From a virus (lineage: Duplodnaviria > Heunggongvirae > Uroviricota > Caudoviricetes), in the IMG/VR virus record IMGVR_UViG_2537561937_000008: 8,757 bases of DNA; one strand, written 5' to 3'. Within the stretch, counting starts at the first letter, position 1. Every line of letters begins with the position of its first letter. Below, in pieces: positions 1 through 7,018 of this stretch. A program made the position numbers and the translations under genes. The notes under the pieces are model-generated. The model made no database searches. It was not told the DNA's origin and worked only from the letters and a program-made list of their open reading frames with translations.

Positions 1-1519
1 CCTGCATAGGGGAGTTAACATTATATCCAGCACCACCAATCAGACTTATGTAAACCACGGAACTGGCTTGTGGCATTGTTACAGTTGCCAGTTTGAACCA
101 TCCAGCACCACCACTAAAAGACATGGTTGTTGAATTTGTTGTGCCGATATTACGCAGGAATAGTTTTTTATCGGGAATATCTGCGCCGTTCTGGTTTTTC
201 TGTAATGCGCCAGAAGCCTGATTTACCGTTTCCTGCAAACCGAGGTATTCGATAACGGCAGCAACGGTCGATTTCGCAAGAATATCCCGCCCGACTTTTG
301 TCAGGGTTGCCAGGCTGGCGACATCATTCCCCGTAAAATACGGAAACTTGTCTGCCGCAGTAGCAAGCCCGGCCAGCGCCGTCAGGGTGGCATCTTTCGG
401 TTGCTTACCCGCAAGCGCGTTAGTCATGGTGGTCGCAAAATTCGGGTCGTTTCCCAGCGCCGCCGCTAACTCGTTCAGCGTATTCAGTGCGTCAGGTGAC
501 GAATCTACAAGGGCGGCAATCGCAGCCATAACGAAAGCCGTGCTTGCGATTTGGGTATTATTCGTTCCCTGTCGCGCAGTTGGCGTTGTTGGCGTTCCGG
601 TCAACGCAGGACTGTTTAAGGGCGCTTTCTTGTTCGTTTCATCCATTACCGCCTTAACCGCTTTCGATGTCGCGGCCAGTGTTTCAGACGTGCTGTTGGT
701 GGCACTACTGAGCTGGACTATCCCTTTTTGTGCCGTCGTAGCGTCCTGAGCGGTATATTTTGCGTTAGCAAGGTCATACGCGGCCTTTACTGCTTTCGGC
801 GTTGCAGCCTGCGTTTCAGACGTGCTGTTGGTGGCGCTACTGAGCTGGACAAGGCCTTTTCGCGTCGTGCTGGCATCCTGCGCAGTATATTTACCGTTAG
901 CAAGATCATACGCGGCCTTTACTGCTTTCGGCGTTGCAGCCTGCGTTTCAGACACGCTGTTAGTGGCGCTACTGAGTTGAACAAAGCCTTTTGCGGTCAG
1001 CGAGGCGTCCGGGTGACGTCGTGACTGTTCATGCTCTTTCAGTTTGTCATCCACGTAATCCACTGTGGCCATCACCATGGTGTTATCCACGGTAAGCGCC
1101 ACGGTGGCAGTGCTGGATACGGTCAGAATGGTGCGAAATGTTTGTGCACGACCGGACCCTTCGGCAACGGCTGGCTTGTAACTTTCGGCAGTATTTCCCA
1201 CCGCGATTAAATCGCCGTGCTCATCAAATACACCAATTTCCCGGATCCAGAATCCGCCCGTTTCAGGAGGAATAACTAGCTCCGCAATAATGCGGTTCTG
1301 ATGTGTTGCGTCCAGGATGACGCGATTAACAGTATGTCGCCACACCTCATGCACCAGACGGGTCTGCTTACTGTCTGGTGTGGGCAACGTGCCGCCACCG
1401 TCGCCCACGGCCATATGAGTCAGGCGGACAGGCTTACCATCTGGCGCGGCTGCCTGAGCTAATTTTTTTGCACCCGTATCGGTGATAACGGTTTTAAATT
1501 TTCGTGTTGTGGTACTCAT
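1..1519 (-). CDS. H: Tail fiber protein (P2 gpH-like), N-terminal 506 codons; C-terminus lies beyond the left window edge
   Basis: ATG at 1519..1517, 2 nt downstream of the gpI stop. My translation (MSTTTRKFKTVITDTGAKKLAQAAAPDGKPVRLTHMAVGDGGG...LVHEVWRH...) runs open to position 2 and resembles the P2 gpH N-terminus as I recall it. Absent from the ORF track, presumably because no stop lies in the window. Confidence 0.85.
   Translation of the reverse strand, partial: MSTTTRKFKTVITDTGAKKLAQAAAPDGKPVRLTHMAVGDGGGTLPTPDSKQTRLVHEVWRHTVNRVILDATHQNRIIAELVIPPETGGFWIREIGVFDEHGDLIAVGNTAESYKPAVAEGSGRAQTFRTILTVSSTATVALTVDNTMVMATVDYVDDKLKEHEQSRRHPDASLTAKGFVQLSSATNSVSETQAATPKAVKAAYDLANGKYTAQDASTTRKGLVQLSSATNSTSETQAATPKAVKAAYDLANAKYTAQDATTAQKGIVQLSSATNSTSETLAATSKAVKAVMDETNKKAPLNSPALTGTPTTPTARQGTNNTQIASTAFVMAAIAALVDSSPDALNTLNELAAALGNDPNFATTMTNALAGKQPKDATLTALAGLATAADKFPYFTGNDVASLATLTKVGRDILAKSTVAAVIEYLGLQETVNQASGALQKNQNGADIPDKKLFLRNIGTTNSTTMSFSGGAGWFKLATVTMPQASSVVYISLIGGAGYNVNSPMQ
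626..991 (-). repeat. Tandem in-frame repeat inside the tail fiber gene, about 132 bp (44 aa) unit, about 2.8 copies
   Basis: Near-identical protein units KGFVQLSSATNSVSETQAATPKAVKAAYDLANGKYTAQDASTTR / KGLVQLSSATNSTSETQAATPKAVKAAYDLANAKYTAQDATTAQ / KGIVQLSSATNSTSETLAATSKAVKAVMDETNKK. The DNA repeat is visible directly at about 640-1000 and explains the internally repetitive antisense ORF 728..1024. Confidence 0.85.
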
Positions 1520-1521
1520 GC

Positions 1522-2052
1522 TTAATCGCCTGGATAAATGGTAATAACTTCACCGTCATAAGTTGCCGCCGCTGCGAAAATATCCCCCGGAATTTCCTGA
1601 ATGATATTCAGCCCTGTCATGTGGCGGCTGACCGGGCGGGCATCAGCAATCAACCGCTCCATTTCCAGATACATTTCCTCCGTCACGCCACTGTCCAGCG
1701 TGCCGACTTCAACGGTAAATGTTCCCGGTTCTCCGCCGAACTCCCACCACTCAGACACGCGAATGAGGTATCCCAGCGGCTCAATGGCCCGGCGCAGTGC
1801 GCTGATGGTCCCTTTGTGTCGGTGTATCAGCCATGCATCACGAATAACCTGTCGCTTTGTCTCTTCCGGCCAGTTGCGATCCCAGCGGTCAACGGAAAAC
1901 GCCCAGGCGAGATAAGGCAGCAGATGCACCGGGCAGGTGTCCGGCGACCACAGCGTGTTGAGGTCTACCGGAATGTCTGTAATGCGTGTTCCGACGGCTT
2001 CGGCACAACGCATGAAATTGCTGGCTGATGGTGGTAACAACGAATTACTCAT
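1522..2052 (-). CDS. I: Baseplate assembly protein (P2 gpI-like), 176 aa
   Basis: Track ORF 1522..2085 trimmed to the internal ATG at 2052..2050 (MSNSLLPP...), giving 176 aa, the length I recall for P2 gpI. Conserved stretch ...LWSPDTCPVHLLPYLAWAFSVDRWDRNW...HKGTISALRR... Overlaps the gpJ stop by 8 nt. Confidence 0.85.
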   Translation of the reverse strand: MSNSLLPPSASNFMRCAEAVGTRITDIPVDLNTLWSPDTCPVHLLPYLAWAFSVDRWDRNWPEETKRQVIRDAWLIHRHKGTISALRRAIEPLGYLIRVSEWWEFGGEPGTFTVEVGTLDSGVTEEMYLEMERLIADARPVSRHMTGLNIIQEIPGDIFAAAATYDGEVITIYPGD

Positions 2053-2941
2053 TGCGTCCACCTTCGCTGATGGTGAACGACTCACAGCGCGCCGCCTGTA
2101 TGTCGCTGATGGCCATATTCTGTGTGGGTTCGATTATCTCCACGCGTTGCACACCGTGCACATGCAGTGCGGCAGCAATGGCGGACAACGCCACGTCCTG
2201 ACCGATAAGCCCCTGCTCAGCCAGCCACTTCCTGAACGACGATTCCGCCGCAGCCAGAATAGGTTCGGATTCCGGGCCGGGGTAAAAGTACAGTTTTGCA
2301 TTCAGCCGCCATGTCACGATTCTGGCACTCTGTACGGTCAGGCGGTCGGCCACAGGGCGGGTATCCTCTGCATTCAGAACGGCGCGAACGGTATTAAGCA
2401 ACGCCTCCGTTGCTGTGCCGTCGCCTTCAGTGGACAGGATGGAAACCGTCACATTTGCCGGAGACGGACTGATAGCCCGCGCATCACGCACCAGACCGCT
2501 GGCGCTGCGGGCAAAATACTCGTATGCACCTGACGGGCCAGCAACACTCAGGCCGTCGTACGCCCGTTGCGCCCGCAGTCTCAGCGAGGTGTCGCTTTCC
2601 ATCACCGCGTCGGTGGTATCCGTTGCCGGAGTGATAACCAGGCGCTTTGTGTTCATATTGCCTGCGAGGTTGTCCAGGTCTGTCCCTGAGCTGTGGCTTA
2701 ACATGCAGGCGCGTGCACCCTCATTGACCCGCTGGCGTAACAGCATTTCACGAAACGACATGGTTTGAGCGATAACGTTAAGGGGTTCCGATTCCAGCTC
2801 CAGCGCGGCGGAAACGGCTTCACGCTGTTCGGCGGGATAGGACGCAATCATCATGGCTTTTGTGTCAGCCAGAATTGCTTCAAAGTCAGGCTCCGCGATG
2901 ATGGCGGGTTCCGGTAACTGGGAAAGGTCAACGGCGGGCAT
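2045..2941 (-). CDS. J: Baseplate assembly protein (P2 gpJ-like), 298 aa
   Basis: ATG at 2941..2939 preceded by GGGAG. N-terminus MPAVDLSQLPEP... and overall length match P2 gpJ (about 302 aa). Confidence 0.88.
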   Translation of the reverse strand: MPAVDLSQLPEPAIIAEPDFEAILADTKAMMIASYPAEQREAVSAALELESEPLNVIAQTMSFREMLLRQRVNEGARACMLSHSSGTDLDNLAGNMNTKRLVITPATDTTDAVMESDTSLRLRAQRAYDGLSVAGPSGAYEYFARSASGLVRDARAISPSPANVTVSILSTEGDGTATEALLNTVRAVLNAEDTRPVADRLTVQSARIVTWRLNAKLYFYPGPESEPILAAAESSFRKWLAEQGLIGQDVALSAIAAALHVHGVQRVEIIEPTQNMAISDIQAARCESFTISEGGRNE

Positions 2942-2944
2942 GAT

Positions 2945-3295
2945 TTACTCCCTCAGCGTGATGGTTAACTCAACATTCTGCATGGTCTGCATGACAGTGC
3001 CCGACAGTGTCACCCCGGCGTGGCCTCCCGCTTTCCAGACAACGTCGATGGCATCCAGGGCAATGCGGGGTTCCCATCGTGTCAGCGCAATCACGGCAGC
3101 ACTCATGCATTGCAGACGCGTGGTGTTATTCATGGGTTCGTCAATCAAATCAGGCACAAGGCTGCCATATTCCCGTCGCATAACCCGGCTTGCCAGCGGG
3201 GTGGTCAGGATGTCCTTGACTGACTGTTTCAGGTGCTCCATATCGTTCAGGTTTCCCGTCCCGTCCGGGTTCATTCCTGTGTAGCGGGTTGTCAC
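2945..3295 (-). CDS. W: Baseplate wedge protein (P2 gpW-like, gp25-like family), 116 aa
   Basis: N-terminus MTTRYTGMN... resembles P2 gpW and the length fits (115 aa). Start appears to be GTG at 3295..3293 overlapping the gpV TGA (GTGA junction); an ATG at 3274 is the alternative. Confidence 0.8.
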   Translation of the reverse strand: MTTRYTGMNPDGTGNLNDMEHLKQSVKDILTTPLASRVMRREYGSLVPDLIDEPMNNTTRLQCMSAAVIALTRWEPRIALDAIDVVWKAGGHAGVTLSGTVMQTMQNVELTITLRE

Positions 3296-3873
3296 TGCGG
3301 GCCTCCTGTCGAATCGCTGCCACCTTTAACGCCACCGTGTTTATGCGTATGCACTGTGATGCCGTTTGAGGTGAAATCGCCGCCGCTGTGCGTGATATTG
3401 CCGCTCATCTTTCCCCCTTTTGTGACGTCAATCTCGGCTGTTCTCAGAAGGTTTGTGCATTCCACGACGGGCGTGTCCAGTGTCACGCTGACGGATGCCT
3501 GTAAAGTGGCCGTTTTCATGCCGCTGGCGCTCAGTGCGCCTGCGTCCGCGTCGTAGCGGAACACCGCGCCATCCGGCGCGCTGACCACGATTTCTTTCAG
3601 GCTTTTGCCGGGTGCCGGAATGGCATCACTCCACAGGCTGCCAATTATCATGGCGGTTTCCGGGTTGCCGCCAATGCAGGCAATTGCCACCTGTTCGCCT
3701 GGTGATGGCGGCAGCCACACATTGAAGGCTCCCGCGCGCGTGGTGTTCCAGCGCAACCAGCCTGTTTCCAGTTCGCCGCTGCGAACGCGCACGCACCAGG
3801 ATTCCTCATCAACTTCAGAGATGATCCCGGTGCGGATGATGTTGCTCAGCAGTCGCATGAGTTCTGCGCTCAC
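3292..3873 (-). CDS. V: Baseplate hub/spike protein (P2 gpV-like), 193 aa
   Basis: Motifs ...IRTGII...GEQV...C-terminal ...GNITHSGG...SNGITVHTHKHGG... match P2 gpV as recalled. GTG at 3873..3871 overlaps the S stop TGA; ATG at 3858 is the alternative start. Confidence 0.85.
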   Translation of the reverse strand: MSAELMRLLSNIIRTGIISEVDEESWCVRVRSGELETGWLRWNTTRAGAFNVWLPPSPGEQVAIACIGGNPETAMIIGSLWSDAIPAPGKSLKEIVVSAPDGAVFRYDADAGALSASGMKTATLQASVSVTLDTPVVECTNLLRTAEIDVTKGGKMSGNITHSGGDFTSNGITVHTHKHGGVKGGSDSTGGPQ

Positions 3874-4505
3874 CGTACAGCCTCCGCAATCCGGCCCAGC
3901 ACCGTGTTATAAATCAGGCGCTCATCTGCCTGGCTGATACCCAACAGCTCACGTACCGGGTAATCGGTGAAAATGCCCGGCGCAACCTGATCGCGCTCAC
4001 CGAACTGATGAACGCGGGCAATACGTGCGGCCACGCCGCTGTAACCCACCGTCACACCGGAAGCATCTGCACGGGCTTTCAGGTAGCGGGCGGTGCGCAG
4101 TTTTACGAACATGGGGACGCGCTTTGTGCTGTCCTGGTTGATGCGCCGGGTGCGTATTTCCAGAAAACGGTCGATGTCATCCCGGTAAAACGTGCGGATA
4201 TTGTTTTTATCCTCATCCCACCCGGTAATGGTTCGCCCGTATTTCCCCGTGTCGTGATGCCAGTTTTTCAGCGTGCGTGCTTCGTTATTCCAGATAAAGC
4301 GAATGCGTTCCTGTATCCGGGTTACGCGGCGTCTGCGTGGTGTCCACGCGGTCCCGTCCGGCGCTTTCTGTGACCGGATACGTGCCTGCTGGGCGCGGCG
4401 TAAATCCTGTGCCAGCTTTCTGGCGATGTTATTGATGGCCTGCTGATTCAGGCTGTCGCGGATAGCCTCAAAGGTTTCATCCACGCGGGTGAATGCCTTA
4501 TCCAT
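3870..4505 (-). CDS. S: Tail completion / virion morphogenesis protein (P2 gpS-like), 211 aa, about 60 aa longer than P2 gpS
   Basis: Track ORF 3870..4514 begins with GTG; first ATG at 4505..4503. N-terminal ...ARKLAQDLRRAQQARIRSQKAPDGTAWTPRRRR and C-terminal ...MFVKLRTARYLKA...ARIARVHQFGERD...VRELLGI... are typical of the gpS family. The central segment has no counterpart in what I recall of gpS. Confidence 0.75.
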   Translation of the reverse strand: MDKAFTRVDETFEAIRDSLNQQAINNIARKLAQDLRRAQQARIRSQKAPDGTAWTPRRRRVTRIQERIRFIWNNEARTLKNWHHDTGKYGRTITGWDEDKNNIRTFYRDDIDRFLEIRTRRINQDSTKRVPMFVKLRTARYLKARADASGVTVGYSGVAARIARVHQFGERDQVAPGIFTDYPVRELLGISQADERLIYNTVLGRIAEAVR

Positions 4506-4965
4506 CGCTTTCACCCCACGTCACATCCTGGAATACATGCGACCAGTCGCCTTCGGAAGATGGCAGGCGGGGTTTTGGCTCAGGCAGGTGTTCTGCCTGC
4601 GGTGTGCCCTGACTGCTGCGCGTGATGCGAACGCGTTCCCGCAGGGGGAGCGTAAACAGGAGATCGGCGCTGTCATCGTCATTGATAACGGCGGAGAATT
4701 TGATGTCCTGATTACGCTCAGGGTTGAGCAACAACTGTGGCTGATTTTCGGATAACCACGCCAGCAGCGGCAGCGTGAGGTCGTCCAGCTCCCCGGCGTA
4801 ATCCATGACAAACATCACCATCTGATAGCGGTAAACAAACGAGGGAGTTTCTCCGGTCGTTTCAATGTTGCCGCTCTCCACGAAAATGGTGAATTTTTCC
4901 GGGTTAGCCTGACACCATCGGCATGAACGGGTCATGGCTTCACGCAGGGAATCAGTTTTCAGCAT
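4498..4965 (-). CDS. R: Tail completion protein (P2 gpR-like), 155 aa
   Basis: ATG at 4965..4963 preceded by GAGGA. 155 aa is the P2 gpR length, and N-terminus MLKTDSLREAM... resembles it. Confidence 0.85.
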   Translation of the reverse strand: MLKTDSLREAMTRSCRWCQANPEKFTIFVESGNIETTGETPSFVYRYQMVMFVMDYAGELDDLTLPLLAWLSENQPQLLLNPERNQDIKFSAVINDDDSADLLFTLPLRERVRITRSSQGTPQAEHLPEPKPRLPSSEGDWSHVFQDVTWGESDG

Positions 4966-5272
4966 GGTTGTTGTCCTCGTTGTTCAGTCGTTGCAGCCTG
5001 CGCTGTTCCAGTAATTCAATGGCCCGTTTATCAGCGTTACAGGTTTCCAGTGCATCCAGAAGGCGGTCGCCCCATATACCGAGATTTCCCCATGTGGGAG
5101 TGTCAGGGAAGGGGGGAGGCGTTACCGGTATGGTCAGCGTCTGCGGTATAAGCCGGACTGACGGCGCTGGCAGTGGCGCGTTCTGCGTGCCTGCGCAGCC
5201 TGTCAGTAAAACGAGCGTCAGGCAAAGCGTGGGCGCATTCATCTTTTGCAATATCGTTGCGTAGCTGTTCAC
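4952..5272 (-). CDS. lysC: o-spanin (Rz1 / LysC-like outer-membrane lipoprotein)
   Basis: Different frame from the i-spanin; starts inside it and runs past its stop. Signal peptide with lipobox LLTG|C and a Pro-rich mature region (PLPAPSVRLIPQTLTIPVTPPPFPDTP). Start is either GTG at 5272 (preceded by GGAGAGG) or ATG at 5242. Confidence 0.7.
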   Translation of the reverse strand: MNSYATILQKMNAPTLCLTLVLLTGCAGTQNAPLPAPSVRLIPQTLTIPVTPPPFPDTPTWGNLGIWGDRLLDALETCNADKRAIELLEQRRLQRLNNEDNNHAEN

Positions 5273-5510
5273 GTCTTACCTCTCCGTCCTGATTGCGTTG
5301 CTGATTTTCCACGCGGAGTTGCGCCAGCACCTGCTGCATATCCTGTACCCCGGCGCTGATGATATTCAGGGTGTCGGCGGTACTTTTCAGGGTGCTGGCC
5401 TGCGCTTCGTTTCTGGCGTTCTCCCGGCCCAGCGACCACGACAGACGCATGGATGTTCCCCATGCGGCAATCAGAAGGAAAGCGACGCCAAGCGTGGGCC
5501 AGAGCTTCAT
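5103..5510 (-). CDS. lysB: i-spanin (Rz / LysB-like), 135 aa
   Basis: Internal ATG at 5510..5508 of track ORF 5103..5654 forms an ATGA overlap with the endolysin stop. N-terminal TM segment (KLWPTLGVAFLLIAAWG), then a charged Q/R/E-rich periplasmic region. Confidence 0.75.
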   Translation of the reverse strand: MKLWPTLGVAFLLIAAWGTSMRLSWSLGRENARNEAQASTLKSTADTLNIISAGVQDMQQVLAQLRVENQQRNQDGEVRREQLRNDIAKDECAHALPDARFTDRLRRHAERATASAVSPAYTADADHTGNASPLP

Positions 5511-5899
5511 GCCGGATAGGCTCCGTGTGGTAACTGAAAATGCGGTCCGTCTTTCAGAGTCTTCCAGTCGCCGCCCCATTCCACCGGAATATTCAGTTCC
5601 CGGCTGGCCTGTCTGAATGCTGCTGCGATTTTTTCGTACAGCGGCCATTCCCATGACACCTGGCTGCCGATATAAGCCACAACATCCACGGCATGTCCCG
5701 TAAGGTGGCGGCTGTTCATGGTCTGGCTCTTACCCGTGGCCACAAGTTGCTTCTGGCGGTAACGACTGCGCAACCCTTCGGTGATACCAAAATCCACTTC
5801 CGAAATTTCCAGTGCCCGTCGGGTCACTTTCACCAGATCAGGATTTACGCCCTGCAAATTCTTTTCGCTCCGGCTGCTGAATTTAAATGTGTTGCTCAT
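5507..5899 (-). CDS. Endolysin, peptidase M15 family (T5-type L-alanyl-D-glutamate endopeptidase-like), 130 aa
   Basis: ATG at 5899..5897 overlaps the holin stop (ATGA). Zn-ligand pattern SRHLTGHAVD ... DGPHFQL and N-terminal SEKNLQGVNPDL resemble the T5 endolysin as recalled. No signal peptide. This is not a P2 gpK-type lysozyme. Confidence 0.82.
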   Translation of the reverse strand: MSNTFKFSSRSEKNLQGVNPDLVKVTRRALEISEVDFGITEGLRSRYRQKQLVATGKSQTMNSRHLTGHAVDVVAYIGSQVSWEWPLYEKIAAAFRQASRELNIPVEWGGDWKTLKDGPHFQLPHGAYPA

Positions 5900-6219
5900 T
5901 CGTCCTTCTCCTTCACCCTGCGATTAAAGGCTGCAATAACCTTGTCGCGTGCTTTCTCTGCGCCCATAAAACCGATTGATGCGCCGATAAACGTCACGGC
6001 ATCTTCAGGAAAACCGAAGAAGCGCAACGACCCGGCCACGGCCATGGCAAGAACGCCGCACGCCAGCGATCCCGTTACGGTCTGAACCAGTGTTCGTCCG
6101 TCATAAAGACTCATCAGCGCGGAAATGCTGACCGCCGCGCCTACTGCATACACCGTTGGCAGGTGGTCAAAGAGCCACGCAATAACCTGCTCTGTGATCC
6201 CTGTTTGAATGGTGCTCAC
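5896..6219 (-). CDS. Putative holin, 3 predicted TM segments, 107 aa
   Basis: In-frame GTG at 6219..6217 with SD GGGGGGAG upstream, 2 nt after the gpX stop. Three hydrophobic segments and a charged C-terminus (EKARDKVIAAFNRRVKEKDE). Sits directly upstream of and coupled to the endolysin. The first 73 codons of track ORF 5896..6438 overlap gpX out of frame and are rejected. Confidence 0.65.
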   Translation of the reverse strand: MSTIQTGITEQVIAWLFDHLPTVYAVGAAVSISALMSLYDGRTLVQTVTGSLACGVLAMAVAGSLRFFGFPEDAVTFIGASIGFMGAEKARDKVIAAFNRRVKEKDE

Positions 6220-6221
6220 TG

Positions 6222-6422
6222 CTACTCCCCCCACAACTGAATCATTTCTCGTTTCTTCTTCTCCGGCTCCGGCATCTCCACTTCCTGCCCGGCGTCCAGA
6301 AATACCTGCTGACAGAGTCCGGGGTTGGCATCCAGCACCTTTTCGGTGACGCCCTGCGTCGTGCCGTAGTACCGGAAACAGAGCGAATCCACGGTGTCGC
6401 CTTCCAGTGCCTTCACTTTCAT
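6222..6422 (-). CDS. X: Tail protein X (P2 gpX-like, LysM-like), 66 aa
   Basis: Internal ATG of track ORF 6222..6455 gives MKVKALEGDTVDSLCFRYYGTTQGVTEKVLDANPGL..., matching P2 gpX (67 aa) in length and motif. Its ATG overlaps the gpL stop by 1 nt (TGATG). Confidence 0.85.
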   Translation of the reverse strand: MKVKALEGDTVDSLCFRYYGTTQGVTEKVLDANPGLCQQVFLDAGQEVEMPEPEKKKREMIQLWGE

Positions 6423-6916
6423 CAGCACAACTCCGCAAAGATTCGCGGGCGGCACAGAATGTCAGAGATGGCCCAGCTCACATCGCGCCACAAATCCGAT
6501 GTCTGTATATCCAGTGCGTCCGCCCGGCGGTCGCCCTTGTCCGTTGTGTCTGCATCACGATAACGCTCCAGAATCAGGGCGCGCGTGGCGGTATAAACAG
6601 CATTGCGCCAGTGCCAGAGATTGACGCTTTCTCCGTTAATTACGGGTGCCGGAACATCGGCCAGCGTCTGATGGCCAGCTGCCTGCTGTTCCTGCTGCCA
6701 CGCTTCCAGCTCGCGGGTAACGTGTGCCACGGCCCCGGTGGCGGTATGCAGCAGGCGGGAGGTGGTCACACGTCCCGGCAGTCGTACCGCCAGACGCAGT
6801 TCACGCAGCACAATATCCGGCCAGAATGCACCCGCTGAAATACGGGTATCGCCATCATCGGTATCGGTGATGTCGTCCTCTGCGGGTCTGGGTTCAGTTC
6901 TGGCAACCATACTCAT
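6422..6916 (-). CDS. L: Head completion / stabilization protein (P2 gpL-like), about 164 aa
   Basis: Track ORF 6422..6925 starts with GTG; ATG at 6916 has CAGGAG 8 nt upstream. Conserved ...LADVPAP..GESVNLWHWRNAVY...ERYRDADTTDKGDRRADALD...LWRD... as in gpL (P2 169 aa). Confidence 0.85.
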   Translation of the reverse strand: MSMVARTEPRPAEDDITDTDDGDTRISAGAFWPDIVLRELRLAVRLPGRVTTSRLLHTATGAVAHVTRELEAWQQEQQAAGHQTLADVPAPVINGESVNLWHWRNAVYTATRALILERYRDADTTDKGDRRADALDIQTSDLWRDVSWAISDILCRPRIFAELC

Positions 6917-6930
6917 GGGGTTCACTCCTG

Positions 6931-7002
6931 AAAAAAATCGGGCGGTGGGTGCGCGGTGTAAACGGTCACGGAGTTAAACCGGAACACCGCGCACGCCGCC
7001 CG
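6931..7002 (-). terminator. Candidate intrinsic-terminator-like hairpin in the M-L intergenic region
   Basis: On the minus strand: CGGGCGGCGTGCGCGGTG - about 26 nt loop - CACCGCGCACCCACCGCCCG, then A and TTTTTTT, immediately before the L ribosome-binding site. About 17 bp GC-rich stem with a small bulge. The loop is unusually long for a canonical terminator. Confidence 0.35.
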
Positions 7003-7018
7003 CTGACGGGGTCAGTCG

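Noticed and set aside
626-991. Possible CRISPR array suggested by regular direct repeats
   Set aside because: The repeats are about 132 bp, contiguous without spacers, and in frame within the tail fiber coding sequence; this is a protein repeat, not a CRISPR.
348-1024. Plus-strand ORFs 348..749 and 728..1024 with internally repeated protein sequence
   Set aside because: They are antisense to the tail fiber gene. The repetition is the reverse-complement reading of the gpH tandem repeat, with low-complexity Ala/Ser/Val/Arg-rich translations typical of GC-rich shadows.
5511-5654. Upstream extension of track ORF 5103..5654 (MGMAAVRKNRSSIQTGQPG...)
   Set aside because: It overlaps the 3' end of the endolysin gene out of frame. 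The internal ATG at 5510 gives a protein starting with the TM helix and an ATGA coupling to the endolysin stop, the typical i-spanin arrangement.
6220-6438. N-terminal 73 codons of track ORF 5896..6438 (MRSCADESEGTGRRHRGF...)
   Set aside because: The ORF begins with a TTG that the track translates as M, overlaps gpX in another frame, and is Arg/Gly-rich low complexity. The holin more plausibly starts at the GTG at 6219, which has a strong SD.
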